Assembly (NCBI GenBank): GCA_002010065.2
Contig: MTMD02000015.1
Coordinates: forward strand, 97,768-161,767
DNA: 64,000 nt
Direction: 5' to 3'
Origin: Candidatus Pyrohabitans jungbluthii
GTDB lineage: Archaea; Hydrothermarchaeota; Hydrothermarchaeia; Hydrothermarchaeales; BMS3B
Shown: positions 1-8,137 of the stretch, one piece after another
Layout: the number at the start of each line of letters is the position of its first letter
Position numbering within the stretch: position 1 is the stretch's first letter
Notes under the pieces: generated by a model
Told to the model about the DNA's origin: nothing
Database searches by the model: none
Seen by the model: only the letters and a program-made list of their open reading frames with translations
Made by a program: the position numbers and the translations under genes

Positions 1-1086
1 AGCGTTTGGGATCGCTGGGCAAAGCACATTAAGAAGGGGGGCAAGGTGGTAGGCACTCTTTCAAACTCGCCCATGGAGATTTTCCGGGCTGCGGATGTTT
101 TCACTGTGATATACAAGCGCCGCGAGGACCTGAACCGCAAGATTATAGAAGGCAAGTATGAGATGTATAAGTACATATACCACTTTGGCGTGGGCGAGTG
201 CGTTTGCAGGTACATCGCCGGCGGTGCTGGTTCGCCGATTCTCGGCGCATGCCCGGGATACGACTGGGTTGTTACAGACTTCGCCCCCAAGGATCCTGAG
301 TGGATAAAGCTGCTGAAAGACGTGGGAAGCGAATGGGACTTCGATTTTATAGAGATTGAGGCAGGCTTACCGAGGAAGGAGCGGGAGGAGGCGATCTATC
401 AGAAGCTCCTCTTCCTGAAGGAGAAGCTGGAGAGGCTCACAGGCAAAGAGATAACCGAGGAGAAGCTGCTGCGCAGCATTGAGCTTACCAATGAGGTTAC
501 GCGCATCTTTGCGAAGATAGACGAGCTGGTTAAGGCTGAGCCCCACCCGCTCAAGAGTTTTGACATCTACAATCTGAAGGTTATATGCACCGACTACATA
601 GGCGGCATTACAGAGGAGCTTCTTGGCGTGATGTACCTCCTGGAGCGGGAGCTTCGCGAGCGCGTGGAGCGCGGCGAGGGGTATGAGGGCAAGAAGATTC
701 TCCTTGCCGGAGGCTTCAGGAGTGAGTTCCTCTCGGCGATAGAGAACAACGGGGGCATAGTCACTGCCGCGTGGCCCTTCCAGAGGTTCACCGCCCACAT
801 GGAGGAGATAAAGGTAAAGGGTGACGCCCTGACAACGCTTGCGAAGTGGTACGCCACGCACCCAGGCTTGGGCACCGCTGAAGAAGATGCGGAGCTTTTC
901 AGGAAGCTGGTGGAACACTACGATGTTGACGCTGTTATATACCACCGCCAGGATCCATTCGGGCATGCGTGCACCTACAACAGCTACGAGGCGATTCGCG
1001 AAGCCGTAGATGTACCCTTCCTGACAATAGAGGCTTCTGAGAGCTATCCAGAGAAGCCCATAGCGGAGTTCCTCAGAAGCCTGTAG
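1..1086 (+). CDS. 2-hydroxyacyl-CoA dehydratase / benzoyl-CoA reductase D-component family protein, 5' end cut by window edge
   Basis: The reading frame is open from nt 1 (SVWDRWAKHIKKGGKVVGTLSNSPMEIFRAADVF...), so the listed GTG at 46 is probably internal. The overall sequence resembles HgdB/BcrB-type subunits. Confidence 0.6.
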   Translation, partial: SVWDRWAKHIKKGGKVVGTLSNSPMEIFRAADVFTVIYKRREDLNRKIIEGKYEMYKYIYHFGVGECVCRYIAGGAGSPILGACPGYDWVVTDFAPKDPEWIKLLKDVGSEWDFDFIEIEAGLPRKEREEAIYQKLLFLKEKLERLTGKEITEEKLLRSIELTNEVTRIFAKIDELVKAEPHPLKSFDIYNLKVICTDYIGGITEELLGVMYLLERELRERVERGEGYEGKKILLAGGFRSEFLSAIENNGGIVTAAWPFQRFTAHMEEIKVKGDALTTLAKWYATHPGLGTAEEDAELFRKLVEHYDVDAVIYHRQDPFGHACTYNSYEAIREAVDVPFLTIEASESYPEKPIAEFLRSL

Positions 1087-1139
1087 TTTTGTTTTTTCTT
1101 TTTCTGTTTTTCAAGATAAAAATTAAAAAAGAAAAAAGG
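1087..1139. terminator. A/T-rich spacer with oligo-T runs on both strands between convergent genes
   Basis: Sequence gttttgttttttctttttctgtttttcaag...aaaaaagaaaaaagg. Archaeal termination typically uses oligo-T tracts. Confidence 0.4.
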
Positions 1140-3086
1140 TTAGGCTGGCAGTCCCAGCTTTCTGCGTTTTTCCAGTATTACCTCCTCTATCATGTCAGCG
1201 CTTTCCTTGGGGTCTGGGCTGTGGATAAACTTCGCGCCAATAAGCTGCTCCGCATCCTTTGTTAGGAGGTTGGTGACAACCTCGCTGCCTGTAATGCGCG
1301 GCAGTGGATTCACATGCGTTGTTACTCCAAGAGCTACTGCCCAGGTGCCGATGCTGAGCGCCTTTTCTGTGTTGTACTCCGGCGCACTTGCAGCTACAGG
1401 AAGGTCTTTTATCGCCACGCCAAGCTTCTCAGCCAGCGCCTTGAGAAGCTGGTTTATCCTCGAGTTATCAACGCAGGAGCCGAAGTGGAGCACTGGCGGG
1501 AGAGCCTCTAAGCCGGCGGCCTCACCCAGAGCCTTTAGCACGCGCTGCAGGCGTTCGCCCGCTAGCTTGTAGCCCTCTGGTTTCATAAGCCCTGCCTTTG
1601 CGTGTGCGTGAGCCGCGCAGCCGGTAGCGAGCACGAGTATATCCCGCTTGACAAGCTCCTTCGCAAGTTCAACGTGCATAAGGTCGTGGGGCACGCGCGG
1701 GTTGTTGCAGCCAACTATAGCGACTGCGCCTTTAATGTCGCCATTTGCTATGCTTTCCACGAGCGGAGCAAGCGGATCCTCACTATTTATCTTGGAGAGT
1801 ACCTCCAGCAGGGCTTCGACGCTGAAGCCAGCGAGAAGCTCTGTCTTAAACTTCGGGATGTGCACCTTACTCGGGTCTCGCTGCTTGTAGTTCTCTATTG
1901 CCCGCCTCACAATCTCTTTAGCTACTTCGTCGGCGCGCTTCTCATCAAACTCTATGTGCTCTGCTCCGGGAATCTTCACTATCGGTGCGGTGGTAATAAT
2001 CTTGGTATGGAAGCACTGCGCTGCCGGCACGAGGGCAGGGAAGATGCACTGGTAGTCTACAACCATCGCATCTAGGGCGCCGGTGGCAATAACCAGCTCA
2101 GAGTTGAGCTCATTGCCCACCTGGGGTATGCCCTGTCTTTCCAGAATTTCATTTCCGGTGCAGCATATCCCAACGACGTTTATCCCCTTAGCTCCGGCTT
2201 TTTTAGCCTCCTCCTGCAGCGCCTCCGCAGCTTCAACTATCTTTTCGCTGAGTATTGGCACGTGCCCGTGGCAGGCTATGTTCACGTAGTCCGCTTCGAG
2301 CACGCCCATTCCTGCCTCGCTGAATTTGGGTTTAGGTGTGCCAAAGAGCACGTCCTGCAAATCTGTGCTCATATGCAGCCCGTAAAAGCCATCCGCCAAG
2401 CCAGCCTTGATGCACCCCAGGATAAGGTTAACCGGGTCTGCGTCATTGCCCATGCTGGTGCGGTGCATGCCCTCGAGTATTGGGAGCATTCCGCCTTCGG
2501 GCAGAACCCCAAGCTTAGACCACGTCTCAAGGCGCTCCTGCGTAGAGTGCATCTTTATCCATGTCCCGCCGTTCGCATGCGTAGCTCCTATCTCTTCAAG
2601 GGCGCGCATTGCTACCTGCTCCGCAAGCTTATTAACCTCCATGCTCTCCGCGTTGGGTATGCCCAGCATAGTGCCGAGGTTGCGGAGCTTCGCCTCGTCC
2701 TTAATCTGGTAGGGCGCCTCCCCTCTCGCTGCATGGAGCAGGGTAAGCGCCACGTGCCGAGCATGGTCCACATGCGAGGCAGCGCCGCCCAGAATGTTCC
2801 TAAGCAACCCCCTCGCCACCATCACATCGCCGGTTGCGCCGCACACACCGCGGTCCGCCTTGGCGGTGATTCTGCATGGCCCCATGGCGCAGTTTCTGCA
2901 GCTCAAGCCAGAGAAACAGTAGGGGCACTTGGGCTCCTGCTTGACCACGCGGTCGAAGGCTGTCTCAACACCAGCTTTCCTAGCAATCTCAAACATCTCC
3001 AGATTTGCAGGATCTATTGTTTTTTCAGAGTCGCTTCTCGCCTCTATTTCCCTCTTCTCCTTAGTAACCAAGCTTTCTACTTTCAA
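1140..3086 (-). CDS. cooS: Anaerobic carbon monoxide dehydrogenase catalytic subunit
   Basis: 648 aa with the N-terminal Cys cluster CPYCFSGLSCRNCAMGPCRI and CooS/HCP-family similarity throughout. TTG start lies 6-7 nt after GGAGGTGA. Confidence 0.85.
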   Translation of the reverse strand: MKVESLVTKEKREIEARSDSEKTIDPANLEMFEIARKAGVETAFDRVVKQEPKCPYCFSGLSCRNCAMGPCRITAKADRGVCGATGDVMVARGLLRNILGGAASHVDHARHVALTLLHAARGEAPYQIKDEAKLRNLGTMLGIPNAESMEVNKLAEQVAMRALEEIGATHANGGTWIKMHSTQERLETWSKLGVLPEGGMLPILEGMHRTSMGNDADPVNLILGCIKAGLADGFYGLHMSTDLQDVLFGTPKPKFSEAGMGVLEADYVNIACHGHVPILSEKIVEAAEALQEEAKKAGAKGINVVGICCTGNEILERQGIPQVGNELNSELVIATGALDAMVVDYQCIFPALVPAAQCFHTKIITTAPIVKIPGAEHIEFDEKRADEVAKEIVRRAIENYKQRDPSKVHIPKFKTELLAGFSVEALLEVLSKINSEDPLAPLVESIANGDIKGAVAIVGCNNPRVPHDLMHVELAKELVKRDILVLATGCAAHAHAKAGLMKPEGYKLAGERLQRVLKALGEAAGLEALPPVLHFGSCVDNSRINQLLKALAEKLGVAIKDLPVAASAPEYNTEKALSIGTWAVALGVTTHVNPLPRITGSEVVTNLLTKDAEQLIGAKFIHSPDPKESADMIEEVILEKRRKLGLPA

Positions 3087-3293
3087 TTCCCTTCACCTCC
3101 CTCTAGTTATATTCTACTGGAAACCATAAATAGTTTCCCCCCACGTTATGCCCGCCGTAGCCCTGTTTGAAGTCTTCAACACATTTTCTTTAGAATCATG
3201 CCAAGCTATTTAAACTAGGATTTTTAAATATAAAGATTGACTGCGGAATATACCTGCCCTAAAAAAGCATAGCATTTAGGGGGAGGATAAATT

Positions 3294-3704
3294 ATGGATA
3301 GAGATAAGATAGTTGAGTTTCTGAATCAGGATTTGAGCGGTGAAATTGAGGCAATTCTCGTTTACATGCGCAACGCTACCATTGCGCTGGGTGAAGCTTG
3401 CAAGGCAGGGCACGATATGGAAGGGATAGCCTTTGACGAGATGAGGCATGCGGAGTGGTTAGCTGACCTCATCGTGGAGCTGGGCGGCAAACCCGCGATG
3501 ACCCACCGAGAGCTTGATTTCGGGGGCGATTCTGCGAGAGATTTCGTTCGACGCGTGGTGGAGCTTGAGAAAGAAGCGATTGCCATGTACAAGGAGCACA
3601 TCGCTGCGATAGACGATGAGATGGTGAAGGAGAAGCTGCAGCACATCCTTCGCGAAGAAGAGTGGCACCTGGCGGAGTTTGAAGAGCTGTTGGAGGAACT
3701 GTAG
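3294..3704 (+). CDS. Ferritin-like (bacterioferritin-like) di-iron four-helix protein
   Basis: 136 aa with E..H type motifs (EIEAILVY, DEMRHAEW, EKEAIAMY, REEEWHLAE). GGGAGG sits upstream of the ATG. Confidence 0.55.
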   Translation: MDRDKIVEFLNQDLSGEIEAILVYMRNATIALGEACKAGHDMEGIAFDEMRHAEWLADLIVELGGKPAMTHRELDFGGDSARDFVRRVVELEKEAIAMYKEHIAAIDDEMVKEKLQHILREEEWHLAEFEELLEEL

Positions 3705-3745
3705 GGGGACATACAACAGGTTTTATTGTTTAGGAGTTGAATAAT

Positions 3746-5008
3746 TTGTTTAGTAAATCATTACTTCTGGTAATTGTACTTCTAGTGGGGGTATGGGTAA
3801 CTGGAATTACTGTGACAAAGCCAGCTAATACAGAAAAGGTGCAGGTAATAGTTGTTTTTAAGGAAAAGCCTGATCCAGCGTTGATAAAGAAACATGGCGG
3901 AGCGGTAAAGTATTCCTACAAAATAATCCCTGGGATAGCTGCAAGCTTACCCAGAAAAGCGGTTGCCGCTCTGGAGAGGAACCCCGCGGTGGCGTACATA
4001 GAGGAGGATGCGATTGTTGCCAAGCCTCCGTGGGCAGAAGGCAAAGAGAAGACTCAGCCTGTAGAGGTTCTGGAGTGGAATGTGGACAGGATAGACGCTG
4101 AGCTTGTATGGGATAGAGATGGAGACTTAGCTATAGACGAAGGAGCAAATGCTGGCTCAGGAATAAAGGTTGCAATTCTGGATACGGGCATAGACAAGGA
4201 CCACCCTGACCTACAGGAGAATATTAAAGGCGGGGTCAACTTCGTTTCAAAGCCCTGGTGGAAGCCTGCTAACCCTGATAAGTGGGACGACGACAACGGG
4301 CATGGTACCTACGTGGCTGGCATAGTAGCGGCGGTGGATAACGAGATTGGTGTACTCGGCGTGGCGCCAAAAGTCTGGCTCTATGCGGTGAAAGTGCTGG
4401 ACAGAACAGGTAGGGGATATGTGAGCGACGTCATTGCTGGTATCGATTGGGCCGTTGAGAATGGAATAGATGTGATATCTATGAGTCTCGGCTCCAGTTC
4501 GGATTCTCAGGCGCTTCACGATGCTGTTGACAGAGCGTACGCCACTGGCGTTGTTCTTGTTGCATCCGCAGGCAACAGCGGAGACGGCAATCCGGAAACA
4601 AATGAAGTAGAGTACCCAGCCAAATATTCCAGTGTGATTGCCGTTGCAGCAACCGACGTGCTGGACGGCACCCCTACTTGGAGCGCCGAGGGTGAGGAGG
4701 TAGAGCTATCCGCACCCGGCGTAGAGGTTCGCTCCACTTGGAGAGGTGGAAGATATGAAACGCATAGCGGGACCTCTGCGGCATGTCCCCACGTCTCAGG
4801 TACTGTGGCTCTAGTGCTTGCCACAAACATAACCGAAATCGCCCCGGACTATGACTACAACAAAAACGGTGCCTGGGAACCTGCTGAAGTTAGAACTTGG
4901 CTTCAAAGCACAGCAGACGACTTAGGCGCAAGTGGCAGAGACAACTTCTACGGCTATGGTCTTGTAGACGCCGAAGAAAGCGCAACAGGGGTGCAGTCGA
5001 ACCCCTAG
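3746..5008 (+). CDS. Secreted subtilisin-like serine protease (peptidase S8) with I9-type propeptide
   Basis: Catalytic triad motifs DTGIDKDHPDL, HGTYVAGIVAA and SGTSAACPHVSG, plus an N-terminal hydrophobic signal/anchor. The ORF opens at 3737; the TTG at 3746 has better spacing from AGGAG at 3732-3736. Confidence 0.85.
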   Translation: MFSKSLLLVIVLLVGVWVTGITVTKPANTEKVQVIVVFKEKPDPALIKKHGGAVKYSYKIIPGIAASLPRKAVAALERNPAVAYIEEDAIVAKPPWAEGKEKTQPVEVLEWNVDRIDAELVWDRDGDLAIDEGANAGSGIKVAILDTGIDKDHPDLQENIKGGVNFVSKPWWKPANPDKWDDDNGHGTYVAGIVAAVDNEIGVLGVAPKVWLYAVKVLDRTGRGYVSDVIAGIDWAVENGIDVISMSLGSSSDSQALHDAVDRAYATGVVLVASAGNSGDGNPETNEVEYPAKYSSVIAVAATDVLDGTPTWSAEGEEVELSAPGVEVRSTWRGGRYETHSGTSAACPHVSGTVALVLATNITEIAPDYDYNKNGAWEPAEVRTWLQSTADDLGASGRDNFYGYGLVDAEESATGVQSNP

Positions 5009-5013
5009 GTTTT

Positions 5014-5697
5014 TTACTTTTTGAGTATCCTTACCCCCTCTTTTGTTCCCAGGTGCACTTCGCTCACCATGCTGCTGGTGAAAAGTCCGTTCTCAAGTAC
5101 GCCCACTATTTTATTTATCTCAGTCTCCAGCTTCTCTGGCTCAGAGATTTCCCCGAAGTCTGCATCGAGAATATAATTTCCGTTGTCGGTTATTAAGGGG
5201 CCAACCTTGCCCTTAGCTCGGCGCATGGCAACGCTCTTTACTCCCATTTTTATCAATGCCCGCTCTGCAACGCGCCACGCAAAGGGTAGAACCTCTATGG
5301 GCACGGGCATGCTCAGCCTTTTGGTAAGCTTGCTTTCGTCCGCTATTACTATGAAGCGCTTGGCATTGCTCGCCACTACTTTTTCCCGGAAGAGCGCACC
5401 GCCGCCGCCCTTAACCAGCTCAAGCTTCTCACTTATCTGGTCAGCGCCATCTATGGCGATGTCCACCTGATCAAACTCCTCGAAGGTAGTTATGGGTATC
5501 CCAAACTCAAGGGCGTGAATTCGCGTATCTACGCTTGTTGGAATTGCCTTTATGCTCAACCCCTCCTCGCGAACCCTATCCCCAAGAGCGCGGATCGCGT
5601 AGTACGTCGTCGAACCCGTCCCCAAGCCAACGACGTCGCCATCTTTAACTTCTTTCACGGCGCTCTCTGCAGCGATGCGCTTAAGCTTCTCGCTCAT
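5014..5697 (-). CDS. rpiA: Ribose-5-phosphate isomerase A
   Basis: Motifs GLGTGSTTYYAI, DGADQ and KGGGGALFREK. Confidence 0.85.
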   Translation of the reverse strand: MSEKLKRIAAESAVKEVKDGDVVGLGTGSTTYYAIRALGDRVREEGLSIKAIPTSVDTRIHALEFGIPITTFEEFDQVDIAIDGADQISEKLELVKGGGGALFREKVVASNAKRFIVIADESKLTKRLSMPVPIEVLPFAWRVAERALIKMGVKSVAMRRAKGKVGPLITDNGNYILDADFGEISEPEKLETEINKIVGVLENGLFTSSMVSEVHLGTKEGVRILKK

Positions 5698-5698
5698 G

Positions 5699-6325
5699 CT
5701 ACTCTCTTCTCCCCAGCGTCTTATAAATCTTTGTTTTTATCAGGTTCATAAAGCCGGCGGGTGTGCCGAAGATATCAACTTTGCCTTTTATTATATCCTC
5801 CACACTCTCCACCATAACGCCCGCGCTGCCTATCTCAGCATAGGTATGAGCGTCGCTGCCAGCAGTGAACTTAAGCCCATGCTCCAGAGCGAAGCGAAGC
5901 GCCTTGCGATTTGAGCCCTGCATCGCACAGCGGGAGTTGAAAACTTCAATGGCATCGACGTAAGCGTAAAGCTCACTCAGCCCGCGAAGGCGGTAGATGC
6001 GGAAGGGGTCGAAGGGATGAGGCACAGCCACAAAGCCACCCTGAGAGTGGATTTCATCTACCACCTCAAAAAACTCCCTGGATTTAATCTCCTCCTGAAG
6101 GAAGTAACCCAGCACTTCACCACGGTCTGTTCTTATCTCGGCGCCGGCAATAACCACAAAGTCCTCGCTGCTAAGCTTCTTTGCCTCAAGCGCGCCTCGC
6201 GCTGTGCCGTGGTCGGTTATGGCTATGCCGTCCAAGCCTTTAGCTTTTGCTTGTTTTATTATCTCCTCAATCCTCATGCTGGAATCTCTGGAATACACCG
6301 AATGCACATGAAGGTCAATCCTCAT
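5699..6325 (-). CDS. PHP-domain metal-dependent phosphoesterase
   Basis: MRIDLHVHSVYSRDS start, later AITDHG and GSDAH motifs. Ends 1 nt before the rpiA start. Confidence 0.7.
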   Translation of the reverse strand: MRIDLHVHSVYSRDSSMRIEEIIKQAKAKGLDGIAITDHGTARGALEAKKLSSEDFVVIAGAEIRTDRGEVLGYFLQEEIKSREFFEVVDEIHSQGGFVAVPHPFDPFRIYRLRGLSELYAYVDAIEVFNSRCAMQGSNRKALRFALEHGLKFTAGSDAHTYAEIGSAGVMVESVEDIIKGKVDIFGTPAGFMNLIKTKIYKTLGRRE

Positions 6326-6419
6326 GGAGATTAAATTCGGCGAGGAGTAGATAAAACTTAGCCCCCGTAAGTTTTAACAGGCATTGACTGAGATATAACA
6401 TAACCGCGAGGATGAGGCG

Positions 6420-6638
6420 ATGATGGACGTGGGGATAATCATAGAGAGGCTCAGGGAGAGAAACCGCGAGCTAGAGGCTGAGATTGAGAAAAATCGTGAG
6501 ATAATCACAGCGCTTGAAGATTTCGCCTCCGGGAGCATAAGCCTTGAGGAGCTCAAGAGGGAGCTTCGTGATATAGGTGCACGCTATGGAGATGAGCTCA
6601 CCTCGCGAATACTTGAGATGCTTGAGGTGCAAGAATGA
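6420..6638 (+). CDS. Small coiled-coil hypothetical protein
   Basis: 72-aa charged helical ORF whose stop overlaps the next gene's start (ATGA). No recognisable family. Confidence 0.35.
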   Translation: MMDVGIIIERLRERNRELEAEIEKNREIITALEDFASGSISLEELKRELRDIGARYGDELTSRILEMLEVQE

Positions 6639-7417
6639 AGCTAGGAGCTATGAACAACCCGGGCGAAGAGGTTACTGCGCAGGTCAGGTTTATCGCCAGC
6701 AATGGCTTTGAGTTTGTGGAGCTCGCAATTGAGGCGCCTGAAGCTACGCCTGAATTGCTTAAGGAGAAAGAACAGGAGCTCAGAGATATACTCGAGGGCT
6801 ACAAGGTTGAAGTGGTGGCGCACCTGCCCTGGTACTTTGAGATTGCCCACCCCTACACCAGAGTAAGAGATGCATTTCTGGAAGAGGTGCACTTGGCGCT
6901 TGACGTCGCCGCTGCCTTCGACGCCCGCCTCGCTGGGCTGCACCTCCACAGGCTGCCAAAGTTTTTCAGGGAGAAGCAGCTGGAGATGCATATCTCAGCA
7001 CTTCACCAGGCGCTTGCCTTTGCAGAGGAGGTTGGGATAAAGCTTTGCATTGAAAACTCAGATCTGCGCAGCTTCCCCGCGGAGAGCGTCGCAAAGGTGC
7101 TAGAAGCTCTGCCCGAGCTTGGACTGGTGCTCGACGTGGGGCATGCACACATAGGCGCAACCAGCGAGGAGGTGCTGAGATTTATTCGCGCCTTTCGTCA
7201 TCGCATTGTGCATGTGCATGCCCACGACAACAATCTCAAAGACGACCTCCACCTGCCCATAGGCGCTGGCGCAATAGAGTGGGAGCGCATTTTGCCTGAG
7301 CTTAAAAGCTTTTACAATGGCAGAGTGACGCTGGAAATCCATTCCCGCGATCCAGACTACCTGCTGATAAGCAGGGAGAAGTTTCTGAAACTATGGAATC
7401 AAGAAGCAGCAAAGTAA
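6635..7417 (+). CDS. Sugar phosphate isomerase/epimerase (xylose isomerase-like TIM barrel)
   Basis: 260 aa with a family-like pattern (LCIEN, LDVGHAH, HVHAHDN, TLEI). Confidence 0.65.
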   Translation: MKLGAMNNPGEEVTAQVRFIASNGFEFVELAIEAPEATPELLKEKEQELRDILEGYKVEVVAHLPWYFEIAHPYTRVRDAFLEEVHLALDVAAAFDARLAGLHLHRLPKFFREKQLEMHISALHQALAFAEEVGIKLCIENSDLRSFPAESVAKVLEALPELGLVLDVGHAHIGATSEEVLRFIRAFRHRIVHVHAHDNNLKDDLHLPIGAGAIEWERILPELKSFYNGRVTLEIHSRDPDYLLISREKFLKLWNQEAAK

Positions 7418-7496
7418 TTTTAATTTTATTTATCGACATGAAGGTTACCCGGAACTAAAGTTCCGGATGACGAAGCTCCGCTAACGTTAAACCCCC

Positions 7497-7580
7497 GCGG
7501 GGGTACCCGAGAGGCCAAAGGGGGCAGACTTAAGATCTGCTGGCTAAGTGCCTACGTGGGTTCGAATCCCACCCCCCGCA
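7497..7580 (+). tRNA. tRNA-Leu (anticodon UAA)
   Basis: Cloverleaf read by hand. Acceptor GCGGGGG/CCCCCGC, anticodon stem GCAGA/TCTGC with loop CTTAAGA, long variable arm GGC-TAAGT-GCC, T arm GTGGG-TTCGAAT-CCCAC, discriminator A. No encoded CCA. Confidence 0.9.
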
Positions 7581-7675
7581 TATCCGCATGGTTGGTTTTG
7601 AGGTTTGCTACTCTTAATACCTCGTTTTTGATGCCTACATGTTAGAAGCACTACTCAAGCCAATAAGGGATGTTT

Positions 7676-7750
7676 GTGGTGAGCGACTCCACGCCATTAA
7701 TTCACCTCGCCAAGATAGGTTGCCTAAACATACTGAAGAGAAGCATGTAA
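7676..7750 (+). pseudogene. Remnant of a PIN-like (DUF3368-type) toxin N-terminus
   Basis: 24 codons, VVSDSTPLIHLAKIGCLNILKRSM then stop. They match the typical N-terminus of DUF3368/PIN-like proteins, but the rest is missing. Lies in an AT-rich stretch just 3' of tRNA-Leu. Confidence 0.3.
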
Positions 7751-7957
7751 TGGCAAGGTAGACAAACCTTTTGCATGGTTTTATTCTAACATTGTGTTGC
7801 GATATCAATTTTTCCCGCAGTGCGCTATTCCTCTTCAAAACCTGTCTAAGACTGTTAAATTTGTAGCATGTAGATGGTTGTGCACACGAATACCATTCTG
7901 TGCTTTGAAAGTCAAACTTTATATACTAAAAAATTTAAAATTTAAAAAGGTGGGAAG

Positions 7958-8128
7958 GTGATTGGCGGCTTTTTGGAAACGCTTGCAGAGATAAGCAGCG
8001 AAAATCCCACGCTTTATGGATTAATAGTGGTGGCGATAATACTGGTAGAGGGGCTGCTCCTTGCGCTGTTTTTGGAGCTGGTGTTCAGGATTTTAGGCAT
8101 AGAGGTGAAGGAAATTCCACATCATTAA
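7958..8128 (+). CDS. Small (56 aa) predicted membrane protein, below ORF-track cutoff
   Basis: GTG start preceded by AAAGGTGGGAAG. Translation VIGGFLETLAEISSENPTLYGLIVVAIILVEGLLLALFLELVFRILGIEVKEIPHH has one hydrophobic helix. Ends 9 nt before the TauE-USP gene. Confidence 0.35.
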   Translation: MIGGFLETLAEISSENPTLYGLIVVAIILVEGLLLALFLELVFRILGIEVKEIPHH

Positions 8129-8137
8129 GGTGATGCC

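Noticed and set aside
2262-3170. 302-aa plus-strand ORF opposite cooS
   Set aside because: It is antisense to a full-length cooS, has no motifs, and runs through the cooS promoter region. It is a frame artefact.
7449-7466. Hairpin CCGGAAC-TAAA-GTTCCGG followed by GGATGACGA, considered as a C/D-box sRNA or tRNA leader element
   Set aside because: GATGACGA does not match the RUGAUGA C box, and no CUGA D box follows before the tRNA. More likely it is part of the 3' end of the upstream gene or the tRNA leader.
7635-7838. 67-aa minus-strand ORF downstream of tRNA-Leu
   Set aside because: It has no ribosome-binding site and no recognisable family, and it lies in a decayed AT-rich region antisense to the PIN-like remnant.
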